This document shows, one piece after another, positions 24,443 through 33,131 of a stretch of 64,000 bases of DNA. Position 1 is the first letter of the stretch. Each line of letters starts with the position of its first letter. Source of the DNA: Candidatus Bathyarchaeia archaeon. GTDB taxonomy: Archaea; Thermoproteota; Bathyarchaeia; 40CM-2-53-6. The notes under the pieces were generated by a model, which saw nothing but the letters and a program-made list of their open reading frames with translations, had not been told where the DNA came from and did not search any database. Position numbers and translations under genes: made by a program. Location of the stretch: contig JBEKVV010000002.1 in the NCBI GenBank assembly GCA_049513715.1, positions 416,001-480,000 on the forward strand, given 5' to 3'.

Positions 24443-26605
24443 TTGTCTACGACACTCATAATCACGGAGAAACCGGACGCGGCCTTGCACGTGGCCGAAG
24501 CCCTCAGCGCCAGTCACAAACCAAAGAAGATGAGCGTCAACAGAGTGCCCTTCTTTGAAGTTGAGAGGGAAAATGAGCGGATTCTGGTTTGTTCCGCGCT
24601 AGGCCATCTTTACGCTGTAGCGGAGAAGGAAACCGGCGCACGGTCACAGTACCCGGTTTGGGACTACTCGTGGAAGCCCAAACACGAAATTGAGAGAGCG
24701 CAGCAGAGGCAGGAACTTTGGATTCAGTCGATCGAGAAGGTGTCGAAAGAAGCCGATCGTTTCATCAACGCCTGTGATTATGATCGCGAAGGTTCAACAA
24801 TTGGTTATACAATTCTGAAGTACGCATGTGGGGGAGCAGAGCAGAAAGCACAAAGGATGAAGTTCTCCACACTCACTGTGAAAGAACTCCGTGAAGCTTA
24901 CGACAAGGTTCTCCCGAAACTTGACTTCGGATTGGCTTTCGCTGGAATGTGCAGGCACGAGGTCGATTGGCTTTACGGGATTAATCTTTCTCGTGCCCTC
25001 ACTCAATCCGCTTTGAAAGCGAGCAATCGTTACTTAACCCTAAGCACCGGCAGGGTTCAAGGTCCAACATTACGTTTCATTGTTGACCGCGAGCTGGAAA
25101 TCGTCACCTTCGTCCCGACACCCTATTGGGTTCTCAAGACTACCGTTGACGTGGACGGCCAACGAATACAGGCGGAGTACGAGGTTGAACGGTTTGACGT
25201 CAAGGCCGAAGCTGAACGGGTGATCAAGGACTGCGCCGGAAAGGTTGGCGTGTTGGAGAAACTTGAATCCGGCACGTACCGGATCTCGCCCCCAACCCCA
25301 TTCGACCTATCGACACTACAGTCTGAAGCGTACAGGCACTTCGGATACACACCACGACTCGCATTGGGAATCGCAGAACGCCTCTACCTGGACCAGTTGA
25401 TCTCGTATCCACGAACTTCCAGCCAGAAACTGCCACCCTCTATAGGGTACGAGGGCGTCCTGAAAGGGCTCGGTCACATGGAAACGTATCGAAGAGAGGC
25501 CGCTGAGCTTCTCGCATCGAAACCTTTAGTCCCCAACCAAGGGAAGAAGGACGACCCCGCACATCCCGCCGTGTACCCCACGGGAACAATTCCAAGCGCA
25601 TTGGAGAGTCGCGGGCAGAAACTCTTCGACCTGGTTGTAAGAAGGTTTCTAGCCACGTTCGGAGAAGGGGCTACAAAGCAAAGCGACAAGGCCACCATCA
25701 AAGTGGACGAACATTCTTTCTTCCTTCGCGGTTCAAGAATCTTGAAGAAAGGCTGGATTCGCTTCTATGGACCCTACGCGAAATTCGAAGAAGTAACACT
25801 CCCCTCACTAAAAGAGGGACAAGCGATCAAGATCCTCGAAATCAAACTCGAGGAGAAATACACTCAGCCCCCGCCACGCTTCAACCCGAGCAGCTTGCTG
25901 AAAGCGATGGAGGAGACTGAGATTGGAACGAAGGCAACACGCGCAGACATCATTGAAACACTCTACCGCCGAGGCTACGTGAAGGACCAGAGAATGGTAG
26001 CCACGCCATTGGCGTTCAGGGTAACTGAGATTCTAATGAAATACTGCCCAAAGGTTGTGGACGTTGACTTCACCCGCGAACTCGAGTCCAAGATGGACGA
26101 AATTGAGGCGGGTACGCAAAGCCGAGAACAAGTTGTCCTCGACACAGTCGACTACCTCAAACCAATCGTTGAAGGCCTGAAAGCCAAGGAAGAAGAGATC
26201 GGCAAAGAACTAACAACAATAATCAGAGACATGTGGACTACCTCAGTCACTCTATCCGTCCCCTGCCCCAGTTGCGGCTCGACTCTCAGAGTTGTCAAGA
26301 ACCCGAAAAGCAAGAAACGCTTCATCGGATGCGCTGGAAAATGGAAGACGAACTGCACATTCAGCCTTCCCCTACCACAGTTCGGGACGCTAACGCTCTT
26401 GGAGAAACGTTGCCCGGGATGCGGCTTTCAACTAGTCCAAGTAAAATCAAAAGGCCAACGCCCAATGGTTTCATGCTCAATGTGCTACACCAGAAGGACA
26501 CGGACAACGAAACCCGCGGAAGCGGTAGCCGTGAAGCCACAGTTAGCGAAGCCAGACCTCACACGCAGACTTCAAACAACCCATGTCCTGAAAAGCCGGA
26601 AATGA
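24443..26605 (+). CDS. topA: Type IA DNA topoisomerase with C-terminal Zn fingers
   Basis: IITEKP, ACDYDREG, STGRVQGPTL, ISYPRT, GTKATRA. Confidence 0.95.
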   Translation: MSTTLIITEKPDAALHVAEALSASHKPKKMSVNRVPFFEVERENERILVCSALGHLYAVAEKETGARSQYPVWDYSWKPKHEIERAQQRQELWIQSIEKVSKEADRFINACDYDREGSTIGYTILKYACGGAEQKAQRMKFSTLTVKELREAYDKVLPKLDFGLAFAGMCRHEVDWLYGINLSRALTQSALKASNRYLTLSTGRVQGPTLRFIVDRELEIVTFVPTPYWVLKTTVDVDGQRIQAEYEVERFDVKAEAERVIKDCAGKVGVLEKLESGTYRISPPTPFDLSTLQSEAYRHFGYTPRLALGIAERLYLDQLISYPRTSSQKLPPSIGYEGVLKGLGHMETYRREAAELLASKPLVPNQGKKDDPAHPAVYPTGTIPSALESRGQKLFDLVVRRFLATFGEGATKQSDKATIKVDEHSFFLRGSRILKKGWIRFYGPYAKFEEVTLPSLKEGQAIKILEIKLEEKYTQPPPRFNPSSLLKAMEETEIGTKATRADIIETLYRRGYVKDQRMVATPLAFRVTEILMKYCPKVVDVDFTRELESKMDEIEAGTQSREQVVLDTVDYLKPIVEGLKAKEEEIGKELTTIIRDMWTTSVTLSVPCPSCGSTLRVVKNPKSKKRFIGCAGKWKTNCTFSLPLPQFGTLTLLEKRCPGCGFQLVQVKSKGQRPMVSCSMCYTRRTRTTKPAEAVAVKPQLAKPDLTRRLQTTHVLKSRK

Positions 26606-26639
26606 GCCCTGCACGGAGGCGCGTAAGATCAAAAAGTAT

Positions 26640-27656
26640 GTGACGACACTCATCGGTTTAGCGTTCGGTCTAGCAGTTCTAGTTGTTTTCATCAATTTTG
26701 TCGGGCTAGATGCATTGGTAAGAGTACTACTGCAAGTTAGTCCTTCATTGATACTTGTCATGGTTGCACTGGAGTTGCTCGGATTCGTGTTTTATTCCAC
26801 CGCGTGGTATCTTCTGATCCGAGCGACAGGTCATACGATTTCGTTCATCACCTGCCAAGGAATTACGTTCGCTAGCATTTTTGCCGGCATCACGATGCCA
26901 AGCGGCATATTCCTAGAAGCGGCGCGGTGTATGTTGGGCTCCAAAGAGTCAGGTATGAAGCTCGGCGAGTCCACAGCAACAGTCGTTCTCCACCGGATTC
27001 TCTACGTGGCAGGGTTCCTTCTCTGCACCGCGCTCGCTCTATCGCTACTCATCATTCAAGGTGCTATCAAATCATCGGTTGTTTACGAGTTGGCGATTAT
27101 CCCTGTCGCTTCTATCATTGGTTTGCTTGTGCTCTTGGCCGGGTCTCTTAGCCCACGGCGACTCCAACCGCTGCTCAACCGCATCGTACGTCTAGCGCAA
27201 CCTTTGTTCAAGTTGGTGCAAAAAGAAGTTCAGGTCGAAGGTAAGGCCGACCAATTCTTGACCGAATATCAACACGGCTTTCGCAAGATGCTGTCATCCA
27301 CTAAGTACATTGTGACATCATTCATCGCTAGCCTAGGGGATTGGGCATGCTCAGTGGTAATTCTTTGGATCGCGATATTCGCACTTGGGGTCAACGTCTC
27401 ACTATGGGCCGTCCTAGTGACAATGGCAATCGGAAAGATGATTCAGATGACTCCAATAGCGGTGCCAGGCATGCTTGGAATATACGAAGCCGCAGTAACC
27501 GCAACATTATCGTTGTTTTCTGTTCCGGTAGCTGTAGCAGCCTCAGCAGCTCTACTCCTGAGGGTAGTCACAACTTGGCTTGACCTCCCGATAACCGGTA
27601 TCGCCGCGTACCACTACGGATTCAAATTGCTCAGGAAGAAGGACTCCTTCCCATAA
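26640..27656 (+). CDS. Lysylphosphatidylglycerol-synthase-TM / UPF0104 flippase-like protein
   Basis: Multi-TM; PGMLGIYEA; AALLLRVVTTW. Confidence 0.8.
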   Translation: MTTLIGLAFGLAVLVVFINFVGLDALVRVLLQVSPSLILVMVALELLGFVFYSTAWYLLIRATGHTISFITCQGITFASIFAGITMPSGIFLEAARCMLGSKESGMKLGESTATVVLHRILYVAGFLLCTALALSLLIIQGAIKSSVVYELAIIPVASIIGLLVLLAGSLSPRRLQPLLNRIVRLAQPLFKLVQKEVQVEGKADQFLTEYQHGFRKMLSSTKYIVTSFIASLGDWACSVVILWIAIFALGVNVSLWAVLVTMAIGKMIQMTPIAVPGMLGIYEAAVTATLSLFSVPVAVAASAALLLRVVTTWLDLPITGIAAYHYGFKLLRKKDSFP

Positions 27657-27701
27657 TTCGACAGCATCGCGAAACATAGTCTACGTTTTGTGAGAGCTAT
27701 T

Positions 27702-28229
27702 TCAGCCTGAGGTCCCCGTATGCCTTTCGAGGCTTTGGAGATAGAGGCTGCTGTAAAGGCATAAGGAGAACACTAAGAACGACACTTTTGTCGCGAAGTT
27801 GAAGTTTACTGGTAGGCTACTGTACGCGTGCTGCACATTAGATAAGAGGTCAAGCGAACCGCCAACGCGCTGCCATGAGGCGAACCATGCATGAAAGTTC
27901 CAAATTAGTTCGTAGCCCGAGGCAAAGCTCAGAACAAGGAGCAACATTCGGATTCCCCGAGTGTCCAAGGATACAAGTCGGCCTCTGCTCGCCTCCAGGG
28001 CCAGTAGGCCTGCTGCGAAGATGAAGTACGTGATGAGTGTTACTGGTTTAAAGGAAGATATCACGTAGAACGGGAAGATTAGCGGAATCTCTGCGCTCAC
28101 GTAACGTTCCCCAAACGAATTCTCGACGGGAATCGTGATTGCATAGTAGATTATCAAGAAGACAGCAAGTGCTATCAGAATCCCGGCCGACGCTGCCATG
28201 AGTTTATTCTTGTAGCCATTTGTCCGCAT
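27702..28229 (-). CDS. Hypothetical membrane protein
   Basis: 4 TM; YELIWNF, PVNFNFATK. Confidence 0.7.
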   Translation of the reverse strand: MRTNGYKNKLMAASAGILIALAVFLIIYYAITIPVENSFGERYVSAEIPLIFPFYVISSFKPVTLITYFIFAAGLLALEASRGRLVSLDTRGIRMLLLVLSFASGYELIWNFHAWFASWQRVGGSLDLLSNVQHAYSSLPVNFNFATKVSFLVFSLCLYSSLYLQSLERHTGTSG

Positions 28230-28437
28230 GTTTCATCCCCAAGGATCAAGCGTTTGTTTGTTCCACCGTAGTTTCTACTTAAGAAGGATAGTTTTCGGTT
28301 TTTTCTTCGAAAACCAATGGCAGATCAGGGAATCTTGCGTCGTGTTCCTCCGGGCGTAATGTGTCCCACGAGTGCAACGGTCCGGAAAGGCTTATACACG
28401 GTCGAAAGTTACGCTAAGACTTACGCGGTTGGACTTC

Positions 28438-29748
28438 ATGCTCTGGTTTCCCTCGACCCTCACAAATCTCCAGCAGATTGTGCTTTTTCTTGTTGCGATG
28501 GTCACGGGACTGATATCGATTTACGCCTTTAATGTCTGGGTCCTAACATTATTGTCGGTAAGCGGACGCGGCAAACTCGCAAACCCGCCGCAACTCAATT
28601 CATGGCCACAGGTCTCGATCCACTTACCCTTCTTCAATGAGAAGAACGTTGCAGGAAGACTCCTGGATGCTTGCGTTCATTTGGACTATCCGCGCGACAA
28701 ACTCGAGATCATTGTTGTTGATGATTCGACAGATGAAACAACGAAGATAGCCCAAGGCTTCGAGGCGAATTACGCTGGGTTGGTTCGGGTAATTCACAGG
28801 GAGAATAGGGACGGTTTCAAGGCTGGCGCCCTACAGGTTGCTCTTGAAGAGAGCAAGGGTCAATTTCTTGCTCTCTTCGACGCAGATTACGTACCGCCAC
28901 GGGACTTCCTCAGGAAAATGATTCCGTACCTCTACTTGGACGAGAAGGTTGCGTTCGCCCAGTCAAGGTGGAGCTACCTAGACGGCCAGTTCTCTTGGAT
29001 GGCGAAAGCGATCTCACTGGGCATTGACATCTACGCATTTGTGGACCAAAGGGCACGCTACGTCGGAAATCTACTTGCTCACTTCAGCGGAACATGCGGC
29101 GTATTCCGGAAAAAGGCCATCGAGGACGCAGGCGGGTGGAGCGCCGACACTCTGGCGGAGGACCTCGACCTCTCAATTAGGCTCCATTTGAAGGGTTGGC
29201 GGTATATCTACGTCCCAACAGTCGTCTGCCCCGGAGAGATTCCACCAAGCTCCCACAACTTCAGGCACCAACAATTTCGGTGGGCCAAAGGCTTCTCCGA
29301 ATGTTTAAGGAAACACGCAGGAGCCATCATGCGGAGTGACCAACTGAACTTTTTCCAGAAAGCAGAAGCCTTGCTCCACTTAGCCACCTATTTCATCTGC
29401 CCGCTCACAATCATGGGCATAGTGGTAGCCCTGCTATACTACTCAATTTTCCCGCCATCATTTTGGCTAATGGGATTCTGGAGGGACCAGATCGCTTTGA
29501 TTACTTTCATGCTATCACTTGTAATTTACAGCGCCCCCATCGTAGCCTCAGCTGTCGCAATTTCGGAGTTCTCCCAATCCGGAATATCGAAACTCAAGCG
29601 CATCCTACACCTAGGCTACATGGGCGCACTCCTCTACGGGATGCTCCTCAGCAACAGCAGAGCCGTGGTCGAAGGCCTCTTCTCAAAAACCGCCTATTTC
29701 TACCGAACACCAAAGGTAGGATCCACGCACGCCGCAACGGAACCGTAA
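28438..29748 (+). CDS. GT2 glycosyltransferase (cellulose synthase-like)
   Basis: VVDDSTD, FKAGAL, FDADY, LAEDLDL, QQFRWAKG. Confidence 0.92.
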   Translation: MLWFPSTLTNLQQIVLFLVAMVTGLISIYAFNVWVLTLLSVSGRGKLANPPQLNSWPQVSIHLPFFNEKNVAGRLLDACVHLDYPRDKLEIIVVDDSTDETTKIAQGFEANYAGLVRVIHRENRDGFKAGALQVALEESKGQFLALFDADYVPPRDFLRKMIPYLYLDEKVAFAQSRWSYLDGQFSWMAKAISLGIDIYAFVDQRARYVGNLLAHFSGTCGVFRKKAIEDAGGWSADTLAEDLDLSIRLHLKGWRYIYVPTVVCPGEIPPSSHNFRHQQFRWAKGFSECLRKHAGAIMRSDQLNFFQKAEALLHLATYFICPLTIMGIVVALLYYSIFPPSFWLMGFWRDQIALITFMLSLVIYSAPIVASAVAISEFSQSGISKLKRILHLGYMGALLYGMLLSNSRAVVEGLFSKTAYFYRTPKVGSTHAATEP

Positions 29749-29809
29749 CACGTCTGGGAACCGGTAGAAAAATGTGCGACGCTTGAAAAAGCGCCGCGAG
29801 ACCTTAGAC

Positions 29810-29896
29810 TTATGCTACGTATTCGCTACTTGTTTTCTCAGAACGAGGAGAATCCTCATTAACTCGCATCTTAGTTTTCTTCTTCTTGGTCGCCAA
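29810..29896 (-). CDS. Putative 28-aa basic micro-protein
   Basis: TATA-like CTTAAGTA, GAGGTGA RBS, TTG, MATKKKKTKMRVNEDSPRSEKTSSEYVA, downstream T-tracts. Confidence 0.5.
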   Translation of the reverse strand: MATKKKKTKMRVNEDSPRSEKTSSEYVA

Positions 29897-30036
29897 TTCG
29901 ATTTCACCTCACGGGTAATTGGATTGGTTTTCTTCGTACTTAAGGGAGAGTGGAATGCTCTACCCCTTTGGAGAAAATACTAGAATAACACGTGGTGGAA
30001 TTCGGCGCGGCAGACCACAGCTTGCTTTAGGCAAGA

Positions 30037-30483
30037 CTAGGTTTTGCTTTTTTCCGTTTTGGGTGACGCTGGGGATACTGGGCCGTGCAGGCGGTCCAAG
30101 ACTCTGTCGGTCTTTAGGGTACTCCTCTTGTCGATGAGGAGAATGAGGGAGAACACGAGGAAGACCAAGTAGACGATCATTGATCCGTGAAGAACACCCG
30201 TTGGGATGTTTGGATACCAACCTACGAAACCCACGGAGGCGACGAGCGCGTACACGAACTCAGCGAGGAACAACGGAAACGTGAAGAGTCCCACCCAGAA
30301 ACCCCAACGGGAAAGCATGTACAACGCGACAGCGATTATGATTGAAACTACGCCGAAAATGGCGAGGTGGAGGTCGCTCAAGCTGAAGACCCCCCAGAAA
30401 GCAAGCATGTACACGCCGCCAACGGCATAGAAGACCAAAGGCAACCAGATTCCGGCTGTTCTTTCGGTGAATTTCTCTGTCAA
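30037..30483 (-). CDS. Hypothetical membrane protein
   Basis: 4 TM segments; TTG start. Confidence 0.7.
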   Translation of the reverse strand: MTEKFTERTAGIWLPLVFYAVGGVYMLAFWGVFSLSDLHLAIFGVVSIIIAVALYMLSRWGFWVGLFTFPLFLAEFVYALVASVGFVGWYPNIPTGVLHGSMIVYLVFLVFSLILLIDKRSTLKTDRVLDRLHGPVSPASPKTEKSKT

Positions 30484-30579
30484 CTTTCTTCCACCGCAAA
30501 TTTGGGGAGGCCTTATTACCGCTCGTGATGTGCCATAAAGCTTTACCAGTTCAGGTTGAGGCAGATTCTTTTGGATAAT

Positions 30580-31461
30580 TTGGCCTTTCACACGTCGATG
30601 GTTGACAGTTTTTCAGGGTACTCAAAACCCCTCGAGGAAGCCAGGTACGTGGTAGTTGGTGTTCCCTACGATCACACCAGCACCTTCAGATCGGGGTCTC
30701 GATTTGCCCCACGTGCAATTCGGGAGGCCTCACAAAATGTCGAAACATACAGCCTACGTACCGGGGTCGACATTGAAAATGTTCCAATCCACGATGCCGG
30801 TGACCTCCACATAGTTGACGATCTCACTGAAACTTTGAAACGACTCAGTCAGGTTACAAAAGACATACTTGACGCCGAAAAGATGCCTGTGTGCATTGGT
30901 GGCGAACACTCCATCACTCAAGCCCCAATGCGAAGCTTACCCAAATCCGTCGGCGTCGTCAGCTTCGACGCGCACGGGGACCTCCGCGATGAATACGGAG
31001 GAAGCAAGTTCTCCCATGCGACTGTCCTGAGACGAATCACGGACATAGTCGGAACCGATGGCGTAATGGTTTGCGGTGTCCGCGCTTTATGCAAGGAAGA
31101 AGTGGAACTGATCAAGGACAAGAAGATTCAAACACTGACACCCTGGGAGATTCGCGAGATTGGCATCGCAAAGGCGGTGGAACGAGTGCGTGCGTTCACC
31201 AAGAAGTTTCAGCACACGTACCTTACGATTGACATTGACGCTCTTGACCCTGCTTTCGCGCCGGGCGTCGCGAACCCTGAATTCGAGGGCTTGACGCCGA
31301 GCGAGATTTTGCCCATGGCCACTGCGGTGGCGGATGAACGAATGATCGCCTTCGACTTAGTCGAGGTGTGTCCGAACTATGATACGGGGGTGACGGCCTG
31401 CGCGGCTGCAAGGCTCATCTTCGAAGTCATAGCCCATGCCGAAAAAGCTAGGAAATCCTAG
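30580..31461 (+). CDS. speB: Agmatinase
   Basis: GGEHSIT, FDAHGDLRD, IDIDALDPAFAPG. Confidence 0.93.
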   Translation: MAFHTSMVDSFSGYSKPLEEARYVVVGVPYDHTSTFRSGSRFAPRAIREASQNVETYSLRTGVDIENVPIHDAGDLHIVDDLTETLKRLSQVTKDILDAEKMPVCIGGEHSITQAPMRSLPKSVGVVSFDAHGDLRDEYGGSKFSHATVLRRITDIVGTDGVMVCGVRALCKEEVELIKDKKIQTLTPWEIREIGIAKAVERVRAFTKKFQHTYLTIDIDALDPAFAPGVANPEFEGLTPSEILPMATAVADERMIAFDLVEVCPNYDTGVTACAAARLIFEVIAHAEKARKS

Positions 31462-32786
31462 ACGGTTCGCTGGAACTTTGCGATAAAGTAACCGTTGCAG
31501 AAATGAATGTGTGAGTAGAAGCGTTGGCATAGATCAAATCCTCGAAGCCCACTAGAGCCTAGAAACGGTGTCTGTGAAGACAGTCGGAATCCCGGGTTTC
31601 CTCGAACGAACTCATCGATGACAAGCTCGTTTTCCTCCGGTAAGACACTGCAGGTGCAGTAAACTAGCGAGCCGTTGAGCCGCACATGTCTTGAGGCCGC
31701 TTGGAGAATTGCGAGTTGGCTAATGGAAAACTCATGCACTCGACTTTCAGTAATTCTCCATTTGGCAGTGGGGTTTCTTGCGAACACTCCCGAATTCGAA
31801 CAGGGTGGGTCCACGAGTACAACGTCTGCGTCGACTTTGAGTGGAATTCTTCTTGCATCTGCCCTAATTGGTGAGGCCGCTGTTGTTCCGGTTCGGCGCA
31901 TCTCCTTCGCCCAATGAAACAACCGCCGATCTGAAACGTCTATTGAATAGATCTTTCCATCGTTCCGCATCAACGCAGCAAGGTGACTCGTTTTGTTGCC
32001 TGGAGCGGCACAAACATCGATGACCGTTGACCCCGGCGTGGGCGCCGCAACTAACCCCGCAACGATGCTAGCGAAGTCCTGTATCACAATCTCCCCAGAA
32101 GAGAGATGTCTGGAACGGACCGCGGCTTGACTTCTACTGTCCAGTTTCACAACGCCCTGAATGGCATCAACGGCGGAAGCCCCCAACTCGTGAATCATCT
32201 TTTCATAATCGGCCTCACGAATCTTCAAGGAGTTGATTCTTGCATAGCTTGGCAGGAATTGCAGGTTTTGGTGAAGCATCCGAAGGGCAGCGTCTCTCCC
32301 AAATTCGAGTATCAGGCGTTCTACGAACCAGACCGGGTGACATGTCTGAAGTGACGCTCTTTCAACTTCAGGCAAGTTAGTCGTGTCAGCGGGCACTGTC
32401 GCTGATGCGATTGAAGCAAATACCTTCTCGTATGGTTGAACATCTTTCCAACCAAGAATCTGTCTCGCTGCGTCTACTGTGGTCGAAACTTTGCGTCCTC
32501 GTGCGCCGCTAACGTAGCAAAGGTACGTGAGAATTTTGAGGAAGCTGACAATGCCGTGTGACGTGCGCTCAAGTCTCGCCTTAGGCAGCGTGCGTGTGAG
32601 GATGAATTCCAACCGGTTTTGGTATCTCGTTGTCTCCATGATGATTTTGTGGGCCTGACGAAGTTCGTTCGGGTCGTCGACGCCGATTTGCTCGGCTGCC
32701 CTGAACAGGGCGGTTCTCTCACCCAACCCGGCGTAAGCCATCCAGCTGAGCGCCTCGATGGCTACGGCAAGAGAATCCTTCGTCAA
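31458..32786 (-). CDS. RsmB/NOP2 family RNA m5C methyltransferase
   Basis: IDVCAAPGNKT, LVDPPCS, YCTCSVLPEENE. Confidence 0.92.
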   Translation of the reverse strand: MTKDSLAVAIEALSWMAYAGLGERTALFRAAEQIGVDDPNELRQAHKIIMETTRYQNRLEFILTRTLPKARLERTSHGIVSFLKILTYLCYVSGARGRKVSTTVDAARQILGWKDVQPYEKVFASIASATVPADTTNLPEVERASLQTCHPVWFVERLILEFGRDAALRMLHQNLQFLPSYARINSLKIREADYEKMIHELGASAVDAIQGVVKLDSRSQAAVRSRHLSSGEIVIQDFASIVAGLVAAPTPGSTVIDVCAAPGNKTSHLAALMRNDGKIYSIDVSDRRLFHWAKEMRRTGTTAASPIRADARRIPLKVDADVVLVDPPCSNSGVFARNPTAKWRITESRVHEFSISQLAILQAASRHVRLNGSLVYCTCSVLPEENELVIDEFVRGNPGFRLSSQTPFLGSSGLRGFDLCQRFYSHIHFCNGYFIAKFQRTV

Positions 32787-33131
32787 AGTCTATCCACGTC
32801 TCAGGCATTGTCTGCAGAGTTATTTGACTCTGACACGGGAGGGATCATGGTAGTTTGAGATCCGCGAAAACGAGCCTGAAACTGGCTCGCGAGCCATCAA
32901 ACATCAAAGACGCCCCCTATCCCAAACAGCGTGATGTGCCGAGAAGACGCTTTTTTCCCTAATTATCAGAATCTCGTCTGCGCAAATGCAAAACTCCTAA
33001 TGTCCATCAATGAGCAAATCGCAGGTGTAGTACAGCGTCTACGACCACTGAAACCACGACCGGAATCCAAAAACCTCAAACCATTAGTACGAACTCTGCG
33101 CATCGTAGTCAGTTTTTGGGAGGCAGGGGGG

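Noticed and set aside
32931..33131. 67-aa N-terminal extension of PolB in the ORF track
   Set aside because: Not polymerase-like and overlaps the probable promoter and RBS
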